A stretch of 64,000 nucleotides of DNA from Candidatus Latescibacterota bacterium (GCA_965222605.1 OZ244960.1:576001-640000), one strand, 5' to 3'. Shown: positions 28,064 to 38,513, counted from the first letter of the stretch. The notes: generated by a model from the sequence alone, not told the origin. Made by a program: numbers and translations.

Positions 28064-29770
28064 CTATTTGCGATTCGGCAACTTTACGGCCACGATCCCC
28101 TTTCCCTCTTCAATTATGAAAAACCGGTCTGCCGGAATATCTTCAAAGACCTCGCTTTTTTTTCTGGACCAGCGCACCTCCAGCCGGTCCACCCGAACCC
28201 TGTTTCCCAGCCCAAAATGTACCCGAAGGTCATTTTGCGACCGGTAACTCGACCCGGCCTTTACCTCCCGGATCTGCTTCAGCGTCCCTGCAACAGCCGT
28301 CACGCGGGCGCCGACTGCGCTACGGTTGGCCGTTGTCCCGACCAGCTGGATCTGGAGCCAGTGATTCTGATTGCCGGCCTGGTTTTGCAACAATGTGGGC
28401 GTCTCATCCACATTCATAATCAGAAGATCCAGATCGCCGTCGTTGTCATAATCTCCAAATGCTGCTCCTCGGCTGGATTTTCGGACTCGCATCCCATCCC
28501 CAGAAATTCCGGAAACATCTACAAAGTGGCCAGCGTCATTCCGAAAAATCTGGTTGGTCTGACCGTAGCTCTCGTTGAGGTCCGGATGTGCATCTACAGC
28601 CGGATACAGGTGACCGTTGGCCACAAAAAGATCCAGATCGCCGTCGTTGTCATAGTCCAGAAAACCCGTGCCCCAGCTAAGCGGGCGGTAGGTCGGCTGC
28701 ACAAGACCGCTCCACTCACTCACATCTTCGAAATAGGCCCCCTCAATATTTTTATACAGCGTGCTGTAGTCAAATGCGAAATTGGTGACAAAAAGATCCG
28801 TATCTCCGTCGTTGTCATAATCTCCCGCACCCACCCCCATCCCGGCCTGAGATTTCCCGGCTCTGGAAAGGGCAAGTCCTGTCCACAGGGCCATGTCCGT
28901 AAATGTCCCGTCCCCGTTGTTGCGGTAATAAAAATTGGGATTCGAATCGTTGGCCACATAAAGATCGGGCCGGCTGTCGCCATCGGCATCGGCTGCACAG
29001 ACTCCGTAGCCGTAGGAAAGGGCGGCGTCTGTCAATCCGGCCTCTTCGGTGATGTCTGTGAACGTGCCATCCCCATTGTTGCGATAAAAAATATCCGCTG
29101 CCCCATTCATCCCCATCGGACCCGTCGCGACCTTCACTGTCCCCCGCCAGAGCAGGCTCTTCTCTGCATTTCGAATATCCTCCATCGTACATGTCACATA
29201 ATTCGCCACATAGAGATCTACGTCTCCATCGGTATCAAAATCCAAAAACGCGGCATTGCCCGACCAGGCATTGCCCTGTACGCCTGCATCCTGCGCCACC
29301 TCAGCAAACGTCCCATCCCCGTTGTTGCGATAAAGCAGATTGGGGCCAAAATTAGTGACATAAAGATCTGGAGCTCCGTCGTTATTATAATCCGCAACGC
29401 AAACCCCGCCGCCCCAGCCCCGGTCTCCAACTCCGCTCAGCTCGGTCACATCCTCAAACGTCCCGTCTCTCCGGTTGCGATAAAGTGCATTGGCGCCTTT
29501 CATCTCGGGAGTGCCGTTTTTTAACGTCCAGGCATTCACAATATAAATGTCCAGAAATCCGTCTCCATCATAATCCAAAAATGCCCCGCCCGTTCCATCC
29601 GACTCAATCAAATGCTTCTTCTCTAAACCGCCGCAATGGGTTACAATATTTAATCCTGTCTTCCGGGCGACATCTACAAACCGCACGGTCAATTCTTGCC
29701 CGCTTCCTGGCTTGCCCGGCAAACCTATTAAAAAAAAGATCCATATCAGATGTCCAAAATGACGTTTCAA
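28064..29770 (-). CDS. CRTAC1-family protein (FG-GAP repeats plus ASPIC/UnbV domain)
   Basis: Repeated DYDNDGDxDL motifs; C-terminal SYRSQND.RVHFGLG...EVRW; signal peptide. Confidence 0.93.
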   Translation of the reverse strand: MKRHFGHLIWIFFLIGLPGKPGSGQELTVRFVDVARKTGLNIVTHCGGLEKKHLIESDGTGGAFLDYDGDGFLDIYIVNAWTLKNGTPEMKGANALYRNRRDGTFEDVTELSGVGDRGWGGGVCVADYNNDGAPDLYVTNFGPNLLYRNNGDGTFAEVAQDAGVQGNAWSGNAAFLDFDTDGDVDLYVANYVTCTMEDIRNAEKSLLWRGTVKVATGPMGMNGAADIFYRNNGDGTFTDITEEAGLTDAALSYGYGVCAADADGDSRPDLYVANDSNPNFYYRNNGDGTFTDMALWTGLALSRAGKSQAGMGVGAGDYDNDGDTDLFVTNFAFDYSTLYKNIEGAYFEDVSEWSGLVQPTYRPLSWGTGFLDYDNDGDLDLFVANGHLYPAVDAHPDLNESYGQTNQIFRNDAGHFVDVSGISGDGMRVRKSSRGAAFGDYDNDGDLDLLIMNVDETPTLLQNQAGNQNHWLQIQLVGTTANRSAVGARVTAVAGTLKQIREVKAGSSYRSQNDLRVHFGLGNRVRVDRLEVRWSRKKSEVFEDIPADRFFIIEEGKGIVAVKLPNRK

Positions 29771-29870
29771 CAGGGAGGCCTCCCTCTATCCCGCATCTGC
29801 TGTCAATTCTGCTTCCGCGATCAGTTGAGGTCGGATGCGCCTGCAGCATCCTCAAAACAGACATCGTATC

Positions 29871-29942
29871 TTACGGATAAACCACATATTGAGACAGCAC
29901 TTTTTCGTCCATCTCAATTCCCAGCCCCGGTCCTTCAGGGAC
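29871..29942 (-). pseudogene. C-terminal remnant of a mandelate racemase/muconate lactonizing enzyme-family gene
   Basis: Hand translation VPEGPGLGIEMDEKVLSQYVVYP* matches the enolase-superfamily C-terminal PxxPGLGIExDE motif. Confidence 0.7.
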
Positions 29943-29976
29943 CTGTCTTCCTTGTTTTCACATTGATCGGAAACAT

Positions 29977-31755
29977 TTACTCGTAGTAGGCTTCCACCGT
30001 CCTGGAATCGTTCTCCGCCATATCCAGCGTGAAAAGCCCATATGGCGTCCCTTTCAACCGGTTCCAGGTCCAGCAAACCGTTTCTTCATTTACCCGAACA
30101 GCCTTGAGGAATCGGCCTCCGAACCGGGCAGGCAACATCCAGGTGATCTCCACCACGGCCGATTTGCTTGAAAGGGTAAATACGAGACGGCCGCGCCGCG
30201 CGTCGTAGGCCAACCCAGCCACCTTCATCTCTCGTCGTGCATCGTTGAAGCGCACCCATGCATCGCCCCCTACCATCGGGATATTTCGCTCCCAGCAGCG
30301 TTCGGCCAGCGCTTCCAGCAGCCACATCGCCTCCCGCGTTGTGAGGCATGGGTGGAAGGATGGCTGAAAAACACCGTGGTAGCAATCTGCGCAATCGTCC
30401 AGCATTTTGAAAGCGATCTGGAGCACTTCCTCCTGGGAATATCCCGCTACCAGAAACTTGAGATCTTCAACGGATCCATCGTCGGTAATATGGGTGTTCT
30501 GTTCGTAAATATCCAGGAGCGTGCCTTTCTCATCCATAAATTTGACCGGCAGACCGCTCCCGTTCAGATAGCCGTGCCGGTAGTAGCGGCGGGGGATAAA
30601 GTTCTGGTCCATCCGCACGCCACCTGCAGATAGAAATTGAGCCATCTCCGTCCACCCCACCCAGATCAAACAGTGCCCCCGGTTGGTCAACGGCGGATAC
30701 GCGTACGTCTCTCGAAATTTTTTCATTTCCCGGTCTACCTGTGCCTTCGCATCTTCCATACCGACCTGCCAGTCCAGAATTACATGCTGTCCAAAGCTGT
30801 GCCCTTTTGTCCGAAGATCCTTTTCCAGAGAGGGCGGAACGACCTTGTGGTGCTCTTCCATCAGATAAACGGTATACTTCCCCCCGTACTTTTCCAGGGT
30901 GGAAACCACATTCAGGTACTCTTCCCGATTCATGCTGTCGCTGTCCCCATTAAAATAGGCAATACACGGGACCGCATTCGGGAAATACCATGTTCTGGGA
31001 ATCGGCCGATGGAAGCTACTCATCCAGTGGAGCATCCGGACCAGCAGGTCCTGGTGAATATCGGCCTGAGGTACGTATTTGAGGCGGGTGTCCAGGTAGT
31101 TAATAAAAAAATCATTGGGAATCCACCGATTGTCTCGATCCGGATCTGGATTGGACCCGATGCTACTGTTTTCACGCAGGCCCTGATGGAAAAGCACCGT
31201 AGAAGCGGCCAGATCGTATGCAAATGCTGCCGTATGCCCGGCGCCGAAACAGAAAGTACCCACGGCCACATACCCGGACCGCCTCTCAAGATCTCCCGAT
31301 AGGTAGGCCAAAACATCTGCTCCGCCCGAAACGTACAGATCGGCGGTGCCGTGGAACTGAAGGGTCTCGGCACCCACATCCCGGGCCAGAGGATGTTGTG
31401 GTTCAACCTGAATGTAGAGATCGTCTGCACAGCTATTGATATCGTTATTGACCTCAAGTCCGAAAAGATCCACCATCTCACCGGGCGGGCGCAAACCGAT
31501 TAGATTACCTCCGTCCTGAACGTAGCGACGCATACAGGCCTGCTGTTTGGATGAAACCCGGATGTTTGTCAGAATGACGATATCGTATAGCTTCAACTCG
31601 GCCTCGGATAAATCCGAAACAGACAGATCCTTAACCTCGTAGGCGAAGATCCCTTCAACATCCAGAATCTCCAGAATATAAGAGGCAAACCGATTGGAGG
31701 CCGTACAATCTGTCAGCACCAGAATGGGCTGTTCGACCGGATGCTCGTCAGCCAT
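29977..31755 (-). CDS. Hypothetical protein with a GATase-like N-terminus and a polysaccharide-deacetylase-like barrel
   Basis: 592-aa ORF coupled to its neighbours; YVQDGGNLIG, NGDSD, GHSFGQH, TNRGHCLIW, YLNGSGLPVKF, SFHP. Confidence 0.6.
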   Translation of the reverse strand: MADEHPVEQPILVLTDCTASNRFASYILEILDVEGIFAYEVKDLSVSDLSEAELKLYDIVILTNIRVSSKQQACMRRYVQDGGNLIGLRPPGEMVDLFGLEVNNDINSCADDLYIQVEPQHPLARDVGAETLQFHGTADLYVSGGADVLAYLSGDLERRSGYVAVGTFCFGAGHTAAFAYDLAASTVLFHQGLRENSSIGSNPDPDRDNRWIPNDFFINYLDTRLKYVPQADIHQDLLVRMLHWMSSFHRPIPRTWYFPNAVPCIAYFNGDSDSMNREEYLNVVSTLEKYGGKYTVYLMEEHHKVVPPSLEKDLRTKGHSFGQHVILDWQVGMEDAKAQVDREMKKFRETYAYPPLTNRGHCLIWVGWTEMAQFLSAGGVRMDQNFIPRRYYRHGYLNGSGLPVKFMDEKGTLLDIYEQNTHITDDGSVEDLKFLVAGYSQEEVLQIAFKMLDDCADCYHGVFQPSFHPCLTTREAMWLLEALAERCWERNIPMVGGDAWVRFNDARREMKVAGLAYDARRGRLVFTLSSKSAVVEITWMLPARFGGRFLKAVRVNEETVCWTWNRLKGTPYGLFTLDMAENDSRTVEAYYE

Positions 31756-31779
31756 AGAAATTTCCTTTCGCGGGAGTGA

Positions 31780-32994
31780 TTAAACCGTAAACAGGTCCGC
31801 CAGAGTAAAATCTTGCGAAAAATCCGGCACATCCTCGTAGGCAATTCGATAACACCGGTAAACGCCCTCCTCCATGCGTTTCATCCCCCGGTAACGGAAC
31901 TGCCCCATATAGCCGTTGATGTACTCCCAAACCAGTTCCCCTCCGGGTGTGATCTCAAACAGCCGGCCCATATTGGAGTCCAGGGAAAGTGTATTGCCGT
32001 TGGGCAGGCGCTGCGCGCTCCCCCAGGAATAACTGAAGAATTTGTGGTGGAAATAGAGCCTGGGGTTGTGGACGTACTCCCAGACAATCTCTCCGCTAAC
32101 CGGCTCGACCTCGATCAGACGCGTGTAGATCCGGGTCTCCCTCGGATATCCCCCCAGGCCGCCATTGTCATAGACCAGGATATTTCCGTTGTCCAGCATA
32201 TTGGGGTGGTGCTGTCCTACCAAATTGCCAGGCCCCCACCGCCAGACCACATCGCCGGTATCTCGATCTACGATATAAATGGTATTGGTATTCCGTTGGC
32301 TGCTGAGAATATTGCCCTTTCGAAATCGGAGATCTCGTCTGCCCAGGGGGTTATCGGGCAGCACCTCGACCGTATTGGTGTGCAGATAATCTCCTGGCCC
32401 GGTCCCCATGTGGGTGCCCGGTGCTTCCCGGATCAGACGCTTCCCTTCCTCAGTAAACCCGAACTCCTCGAAATGTTCGCTGGAGTGCCACGCCCACACG
32501 GCCTGCCCCTCAGGCGTTACCTCTACGAAGTAATCCGAACTCAGTGGGTGGTCTGAAATGGTGGGATTCCGCACTTCCTCGCTTGCCAGAATGAGCGTAT
32601 TTCCGTTTTCCAGACGCTGGAAGTCGTGGTGGGCGCCTTTGATTTTGTAACCGGGGTCCCACGCAATCAACCCCGAAGCGCCGTGGGGATCTTCCTCGGC
32701 TCCCTCGGGACGGTAATGCCATACCACGTTTCCATCCCAGTCCATTTCGGTAATCCAGTTGGATCCGTAGAGAATACGACCTTCTCCCATGTACTTCGCG
32801 TGGGTCGCCGTCTTTCTGTTCGCCCCCTCACCGACAAACCACATATGAACGACCTCACCGGTCATGTCGATCAGATAAATCGCGGGTGAACTGACCGGGC
32901 AGAACAGCGTGTAACCCCTGAAACATTTCTGCGGATGATAGACCGTGACGCCCTTTGGCCAGTCCAGGACAGACCGCTGAGAAATGGACAGCAT
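31780..32994 (-). CDS. Aryl-sulfate sulfotransferase-like beta-propeller
   Basis: HHDFQRLENGNTL, DYLHTN, QHHP..LDNGNILVYDNG, SAQRLPNGNTL. Start at MLSISQ (AAGGAG RBS). Confidence 0.88.
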   Translation of the reverse strand: MLSISQRSVLDWPKGVTVYHPQKCFRGYTLFCPVSSPAIYLIDMTGEVVHMWFVGEGANRKTATHAKYMGEGRILYGSNWITEMDWDGNVVWHYRPEGAEEDPHGASGLIAWDPGYKIKGAHHDFQRLENGNTLILASEEVRNPTISDHPLSSDYFVEVTPEGQAVWAWHSSEHFEEFGFTEEGKRLIREAPGTHMGTGPGDYLHTNTVEVLPDNPLGRRDLRFRKGNILSSQRNTNTIYIVDRDTGDVVWRWGPGNLVGQHHPNMLDNGNILVYDNGGLGGYPRETRIYTRLIEVEPVSGEIVWEYVHNPRLYFHHKFFSYSWGSAQRLPNGNTLSLDSNMGRLFEITPGGELVWEYINGYMGQFRYRGMKRMEEGVYRCYRIAYEDVPDFSQDFTLADLFTV

Positions 32995-33008
32995 ACAAAA
33001 GGCTCCTT

Positions 33009-34988
33009 TCAATACGAATGGATCCGGTGCCCGCCTCCAGAAAACCAGATGGCGTCGACTCCGAACAGGAGCGTCACGCCCAGCGCCCAGCCCACCAGCA
33101 GCCCCACCACAAAAGGTCGAAACCGCCGGTAAAGCATCACGCCCCCAATTTTCATAATCATCGTCTTGACGCCCCAGGCCATAAATAGCGTCCACCCGAT
33201 CCGGTGCATCACGAACGTGGGCGAAAAGGCCAGTCCGATCGGATGGACGGGCCACCAGGGAAATCGATATCTCAGAAATGTCAGCAGGGCCATAAGCCCC
33301 GCCCCGAGGCCAAAAAACAGCAATCGCCGCCAGTCTGTGGAAAAAGGCGCCGTCATCGTATTCATCACGATGTAAAAAGGCCGCTGGCTACCCGCGGCGA
33401 AGACCCACTCATTGAAATTAAAGGCCCCGTAGGTGTATCCCAGGTAGAGCGTGTACCCGGTTGATGCAGCAATCCCGACCGCCAGCGCCAGCATGACCGC
33501 GCCCCCGATTCCTTTTCGGCGTTCTTTGGCTACGTCCGCCAGCCGGGCAGTATGGGCCAGTGCCGGCATGAACAGCCCCGCGCTCCGGGCAACCAGCACG
33601 TAGGTAAAAGCCAGCACTGTCAGCCCGGTTCTCGGCGCTTCGGCCGTACCCAGCAGATAGAGCGTCGCCGCCTGGGGCGTCATAGGCGCCCGGGCGTAAA
33701 GCAGCCCGGATTGCGCCACCATCTTGGCCAGACCGGTATAGATCGTAAACGCAAACAGGATGAGCGGAATGGCCAGCTTGTATTCCATCCCTGCGCAAGC
33801 AAGCCAGAAGACGAGAAAGCACAGACTTCCGGCCAGCCCGAACACCGCTGTCCTGTACGACACGATCTCCCCTGAATCATCCACCGGATAGGTGGTATCG
33901 AGGGCTTTTTTTACCACTTCCCGCAGGTGCTTGCGGGCGATAAACAGACCCCAGACAACCATAAAAAAAAAGGCCCCCCAGCTCTGCCAGCCCGTGATTG
34001 CGTCGTAGGAAGACCAGGGATCGAGAGAAGACCCGATCGTATATCCGATCCGGTTCAGTACGCCAGCCTGAACAATAAAAAACAGAAAAAAAAACCACAT
34101 ACTGAACAGCACTTCCAGGCTGGCAAAAAAAGAAAACGCGAACGTATAAAAACTGATATTGGTAGAAAACCATGGAAAACCGGTCGCAATCGTAAAATTC
34201 CGGGCCGCGAAAGGAAATTCGGGAGCGGCCGGCCAGAAATAGGACAGGATATTCCAGCAAACCATCCCAAATGGAATAGCCATCCCTATCCAGAATAGCT
34301 TCCCCCGCATGAACTCCGGCATCAGCTCTATGCCGCTGGATTTCTCGGATATATCGATCCCCACCTGGATCAGCGGGTAGTCCAGCTTTTCGTATTCCAC
34401 CCACTGCTTCCGCATCATCGCCCCAATACAGAGCGAGGCCAGTGCCACGGCTGCAATAAAGCAGAACCACCAGAACAGCGGCACGTACCACACCGACAGC
34501 GGGGCTGCCACATCCGGGGGCAGCCCCTCGAAAAACCACTTCAGCCCGTTGTCCCGGTCAACTGGTGCCATCCAGGAAGGGATATAATCGTGGAAATATT
34601 CGGCCCATCGGTTCTCTGGCGTCGCGTAATAATACGGCGAGGCCAGAATGCCCAAAAAAAATCCGATGAACCCCCAGGTGGGTACCACGCTCCCTACCAG
34701 GATCATCGCCAGAAGCGTCAATTTTTCAGCGGGACGGAGGGCCTGCTTCAGACCGACGGCGCACAGGAGGGAATCACAAAAAACGATTAGAAAAAAAACG
34801 ACAAACGCGGCTAAAGGGAACTGGCTCAGATTGATATGGGAGGAATGAACAATATAGTTGGTATATGTAACCCAGAGATTGATGATCACAACGCCTGCCA
34901 ATCCCAGACACAAACTGGAGGCCGACACATACCGGCTACGCCCTGGTCGGAATGCTTCCAAAGGGTAATGTGTCTCCGATAATGCCAT
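33009..34988 (-). CDS. DUF6785/DUF6784-family multi-pass membrane protein
   Basis: PYYYATPENRW, RKQWVEYEKLDYPL, WWPVHPIG, KIGGVMLYRR. Confidence 0.8.
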   Translation of the reverse strand: MALSETHYPLEAFRPGRSRYVSASSLCLGLAGVVIINLWVTYTNYIVHSSHINLSQFPLAAFVVFFLIVFCDSLLCAVGLKQALRPAEKLTLLAMILVGSVVPTWGFIGFFLGILASPYYYATPENRWAEYFHDYIPSWMAPVDRDNGLKWFFEGLPPDVAAPLSVWYVPLFWWFCFIAAVALASLCIGAMMRKQWVEYEKLDYPLIQVGIDISEKSSGIELMPEFMRGKLFWIGMAIPFGMVCWNILSYFWPAAPEFPFAARNFTIATGFPWFSTNISFYTFAFSFFASLEVLFSMWFFFLFFIVQAGVLNRIGYTIGSSLDPWSSYDAITGWQSWGAFFFMVVWGLFIARKHLREVVKKALDTTYPVDDSGEIVSYRTAVFGLAGSLCFLVFWLACAGMEYKLAIPLILFAFTIYTGLAKMVAQSGLLYARAPMTPQAATLYLLGTAEAPRTGLTVLAFTYVLVARSAGLFMPALAHTARLADVAKERRKGIGGAVMLALAVGIAASTGYTLYLGYTYGAFNFNEWVFAAGSQRPFYIVMNTMTAPFSTDWRRLLFFGLGAGLMALLTFLRYRFPWWPVHPIGLAFSPTFVMHRIGWTLFMAWGVKTMIMKIGGVMLYRRFRPFVVGLLVGWALGVTLLFGVDAIWFSGGGHRIHSY

Positions 34989-35003
34989 CAATATCCCGGT
35001 AAA

Positions 35004-35984
35004 TTATGGCGTCTTCGCACAGCGAAATCCGATATCCATATGCTTCAAAGTGGGAAAAGCCCGCATTCGGTTTGTCGTACGCAAATTGCTCTGATAATCA
35101 ATCCAGGCGCCGCCTCTTAGCACGCGGGTGAGGCCTTCCGAAGGCCCTTTCGGATTTTGGGCCGCATGGATTTCATAGACGTTTTCATCGTACCAGTCCG
35201 CACACCATTCCCACACATTACCGAGCAAATCGTGAATCCCATAAACACTCACACCATCCGCATAACTTCCCACAGGTGCGGTAAATACATACCCATCAGC
35301 GGCTGGATCCGGATCCCGGGCATAATCCGCATGTCCCCGCCAGTTTAACCTCACCCCGTCAAACTTATCTCCCCACGGATAGATCCTGCCTTCGGTCCCC
35401 CGAGCGGCCTTCTCCCACTCTGCCTCAGTGGGCAGGCGCTTCCCGGCCCAGCGGCAGTACGCATCGGCATCAACCCAGGCCACACCCACCACCGGCTGCT
35501 CCAGCCCTTTAAACCGGGAATCTCCCCAATAAATCGGCGGAGGATATTCCAGGGCCTCCAGAAACGCTCGATACTGTCCATTCGTCACTTCATACCGGTC
35601 AATCCAGAATGCGTCCAGAACCACGGTATGCACCGGGCGCTCGTCCTCATCGCCGTCTTGAAATCCCATCGAAAATTTCCCGGCGGGAATCGGGACCATA
35701 TCCAGATCCAGGCGCCTCCGACTGTACCGGACAGAATCCTGAATCCGCACCGCAGACTTTGGCACCCACCCTTCGGTGCTGTCAGCGATCCGCACGTTCA
35801 ACCACCCCTCGACCGTTTCCAGGACCTTTACGCTGTCGCCCGGAGCCAGGCGGGCCTTAACGCGAAACCCCTGTCCGGGTCCTGACCGGACGTCCACACC
35901 AGAGGTCACTGTCCCGGACTGCACTTCTATCCCCCGCGCTGTTCCGAAACAGATCCCGATCAGAAAACAAATCAAGATACGCAT
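35004..35984 (-). CDS. SH3b plus FGE-sulfatase (SUMF1-like) domain protein, exported
   Basis: VRSGPG...GWV (SH3b); YEVTNGQY, RLPTEAEWEKAARG, GNVWEW, RGGAW, GFRCA. The catalytic Cys pair of true FGE is not seen. Confidence 0.9.
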   Translation of the reverse strand: MRILICFLIGICFGTARGIEVQSGTVTSGVDVRSGPGQGFRVKARLAPGDSVKVLETVEGWLNVRIADSTEGWVPKSAVRIQDSVRYSRRRLDLDMVPIPAGKFSMGFQDGDEDERPVHTVVLDAFWIDRYEVTNGQYRAFLEALEYPPPIYWGDSRFKGLEQPVVGVAWVDADAYCRWAGKRLPTEAEWEKAARGTEGRIYPWGDKFDGVRLNWRGHADYARDPDPAADGYVFTAPVGSYADGVSVYGIHDLLGNVWEWCADWYDENVYEIHAAQNPKGPSEGLTRVLRGGAWIDYQSNLRTTNRMRAFPTLKHMDIGFRCAKTP

Positions 35985-35994
35985 ATCATCTGTT

Positions 35995-37446
35995 CTAAGG
36001 CTCCTCTGTTTCTCCCACATCCCCCGGCCTGATCACGCGATCCATCATTCCAGCACGGTCGTGAATCCTCATGGTCTCCGCCTGCCAGTTCGGATTATAA
36101 AGCTCTCCGAGCATCGTCGAGTGTACCAGTTCATGCACGCTATTCCCGCGCTTATCTACAAAAACAAACTTGTAATATCCGATCTGATCGTAAGACCAAA
36201 TCTCGTACGATTTTCCGGTGGAATGGTAATCATGGCGTTCCACATGATCGGGAGGACCGTATTTGATATAGACCCGGCCCCTGTCCGTATTCGACCCCTT
36301 ATGCCTGGGCAGGGCGGGAAAATTCGTATCGGCATAATGAATGCGCTTGAAATACTCTGCGGCAAATTCGTTTTCCGGCGTATTCGGCGTGGGATCCCGC
36401 TTCTTCCAGAACGCGAGAATAAACCGCACCTTTTCCTCCGGATCTAACCCGCGATATTCATCCAGTTCTTCGCCTTCAGCAATATACTGAATCTGATTGT
36501 AGTACCGTTCCAAAGACGCCTCATCCGTTGCCAGGGAGACCTCCTCCAGCCTCCAGATTTGAAACAGTCGCCTGCCTGTTACAATTTTTCCCGTACCATT
36601 ATCTTTCACCAGCACCTGCAAAACATAACGGTCTGGAGAAAGCCCTTGAATATCCAGTGAATCGCCCATCACGCAACTGGTGCCCGGCTTTCTGAACCGC
36701 TTGGAAGAATAACTTTTAACCTGGAATCCCGTGGTATCCAGAATGGTGTATGCCAGATCGAATGTCTTCGGAGCGTCCTGGATAGCCAGATTATAAATCT
36801 CGAAATACACGTGTAATGCAGATCGGTCCTGCAAAAAACGTCGGGTGATATTGGGCACCACCCGCTTTCCATTTTTCACGAATCGACCCGGCCTGTTGGC
36901 ATCTCCAATGTGGGAGGCCAACTGCAAATTGCTGATCGACAGCGTCTTTGCGCCAAAAGCAGGTACAACAATCTCGCCCCGATAAGCGCCTTCGGCACCG
37001 GAATGCGTATCGATCACCTCCACCGTCAATTGATATGAGCCCGGCAGCAAAAGAAAAGAAAACACATCCAGAATTGTGGTATTTCCCGTATCCTTTTCAC
37101 CGGAACTCAGATCCATACCTCGCCGCCAGACCTGATCAACCTGTGAACCTATCTTCGGGGCCGTTTCCCCGGAAGCCAGAGCCTGGATGCGAACCTGGTA
37201 ATCCGCCCGATACCGGTCTTCTTCCCGAACAAACGAAAAACCATTTAGGGACAGAAGCATATCCACCTCAACATAGGTCTTCTCCTCTGTTGCTCGAAAT
37301 GCTTCCCAATCCATCCTGAACCGGATTTGTCCACTGCTCGTCAGAAGGCGGTCCTGTCCGAGACCATCGGACACAGTGCTTTCCACTGGTCCGACCACCC
37401 CGCATAAGACGACCAGGCAAATAGATGCACACCATCTTGCCATCAT
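35995..37446 (-). CDS. GWxTD-domain protein
   Basis: FWKKRDPTPNTPENE..EYFKRI.YA...GSNTDRGRVYIKYGPPD...YEIWSY. Start at MMARW. Confidence 0.9.
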   Translation of the reverse strand: MMARWCASICLVVLCGVVGPVESTVSDGLGQDRLLTSSGQIRFRMDWEAFRATEEKTYVEVDMLLSLNGFSFVREEDRYRADYQVRIQALASGETAPKIGSQVDQVWRRGMDLSSGEKDTGNTTILDVFSFLLLPGSYQLTVEVIDTHSGAEGAYRGEIVVPAFGAKTLSISNLQLASHIGDANRPGRFVKNGKRVVPNITRRFLQDRSALHVYFEIYNLAIQDAPKTFDLAYTILDTTGFQVKSYSSKRFRKPGTSCVMGDSLDIQGLSPDRYVLQVLVKDNGTGKIVTGRRLFQIWRLEEVSLATDEASLERYYNQIQYIAEGEELDEYRGLDPEEKVRFILAFWKKRDPTPNTPENEFAAEYFKRIHYADTNFPALPRHKGSNTDRGRVYIKYGPPDHVERHDYHSTGKSYEIWSYDQIGYYKFVFVDKRGNSVHELVHSTMLGELYNPNWQAETMRIHDRAGMMDRVIRPGDVGETEEP

Positions 37447-37471
37447 TGTCTTGACTCCCGGGTAAAACGCG

Positions 37472-37514
37472 AAAAAAAGCAAGCAACCACCAATGTGTTC
37501 ATCGGTGGTTGCTT
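37472..37514 (-). terminator. Intrinsic terminator after the porV-like gene
   Basis: 11-bp stem AAGCAACCACC/GGTGGTTGCTT followed on the minus strand by GC then T7. Confidence 0.75.
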
Positions 37515-37532
37515 AACAATAAATGTTGTCGC

Positions 37533-38471
37533 CTAAAAGGAGCCGCCGATCGTCAGTCTCAGCGGAGCATCAAAATGATTGCCAAAGTTGCTATATGCAA
37601 GATCCAGGGTAAACTTCCGACCCCCAAATTCCCGCTTGAGACCAACACCCAGGGAAAAATCCTCCAGGTCGTAATTCCACTTGTAACCGCCCCGCAAAGC
37701 AAGCGTATTGGCCAACCAGAGTTCTGCGCCCATATGCACCCGCGCCTCGAAATCTACGAAAAACACATTCTGGGCAGACACTGTCAAATAGGTCGGATCT
37801 CCCTTCTCACCCAGAACTTCCATCGCCCCGCCGATTGAGTAAACCACGGGCATAAACATTCGATCCAGAACCACTTTATTGTCCTTTCCAAAATTCTGCA
37901 AAGACATCGCGATTCGGGCCGACCTGAACCCCGTATAGAACATCGTACCCATATCGATGGAAAACGTCCTGTTTGTCCTGTCCGCCAATTCCTGTTGCAC
38001 AAACCGGATCTGTGCCCCGAAGGACATCTTGTTGGTCAGTTGAACCGCAAAGGACCCGCCCAGTGCCATATTGGAATTGTTAAAAATCTGACCTGTTCCG
38101 CCAGGTTGAAAGATCGTGGTTTCTTCAAATGCCGGAAGCTGAAGCGTCACGAGGCTCATTCCCCAGACCATATTACCCGTCTTATACGCAACCGCCCCGG
38201 AATAAAATTTCGAATCCACCAGCCAGCGGGTGTACGTAAACATATACTCCGCCCGCTTGATCCTGGTCAATCCCGCGGGATTCTGAAAAATCCCATTGAT
38301 ATCATCTGCAATCGCCGCATAAGCGTCGCCCATCGCCGCCGAACGCGTGGACTGGCCTACCTTGAGAAAAGTGAACCCGGCCGTGCCGACCTTCTTAAAT
38401 CCCGCATCGGCAGTTTCCGATAACAGAACCAGGACGGAGGCCATTACCCCTGTCAAAATCAAACGCACCAT
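37533..38471 (-). CDS. PorV/PorQ-family outer-membrane beta-barrel
   Basis: KVGTAGFTFLKVG..RSAAMGDA..AIADD...FQNPAGL, LRGGY, DLAY..FG, C-terminal Phe. Confidence 0.88.
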   Translation of the reverse strand: MVRLILTGVMASVLVLLSETADAGFKKVGTAGFTFLKVGQSTRSAAMGDAYAAIADDINGIFQNPAGLTRIKRAEYMFTYTRWLVDSKFYSGAVAYKTGNMVWGMSLVTLQLPAFEETTIFQPGGTGQIFNNSNMALGGSFAVQLTNKMSFGAQIRFVQQELADRTNRTFSIDMGTMFYTGFRSARIAMSLQNFGKDNKVVLDRMFMPVVYSIGGAMEVLGEKGDPTYLTVSAQNVFFVDFEARVHMGAELWLANTLALRGGYKWNYDLEDFSLGVGLKREFGGRKFTLDLAYSNFGNHFDAPLRLTIGGSF

Positions 38472-38513
38472 GTTAAATTCCTCCTTGAAAAATAGAGCAG
38501 AACCAGGCTCCTC

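Noticed and set aside
29772-29785. 14-bp palindrome AGGGAGGCCTCCCT over the CRTAC1 RBS
   Set aside because: Only a 5-bp stem is possible; no further evidence of regulation.
31780-33255. 491-aa version of the sulfotransferase ORF, and other over-extended starts (7285, 8042, 15063, 36020, 37482, 52663)
   Set aside because: The extensions overlap upstream genes or terminators, or lack an RBS; downstream starts fit better.
35004-35984. True formylglycine-generating enzyme for the neighbouring sulfatases
   Set aside because: It lacks the Cys pair after the RGG motif and is exported with an SH3 domain.
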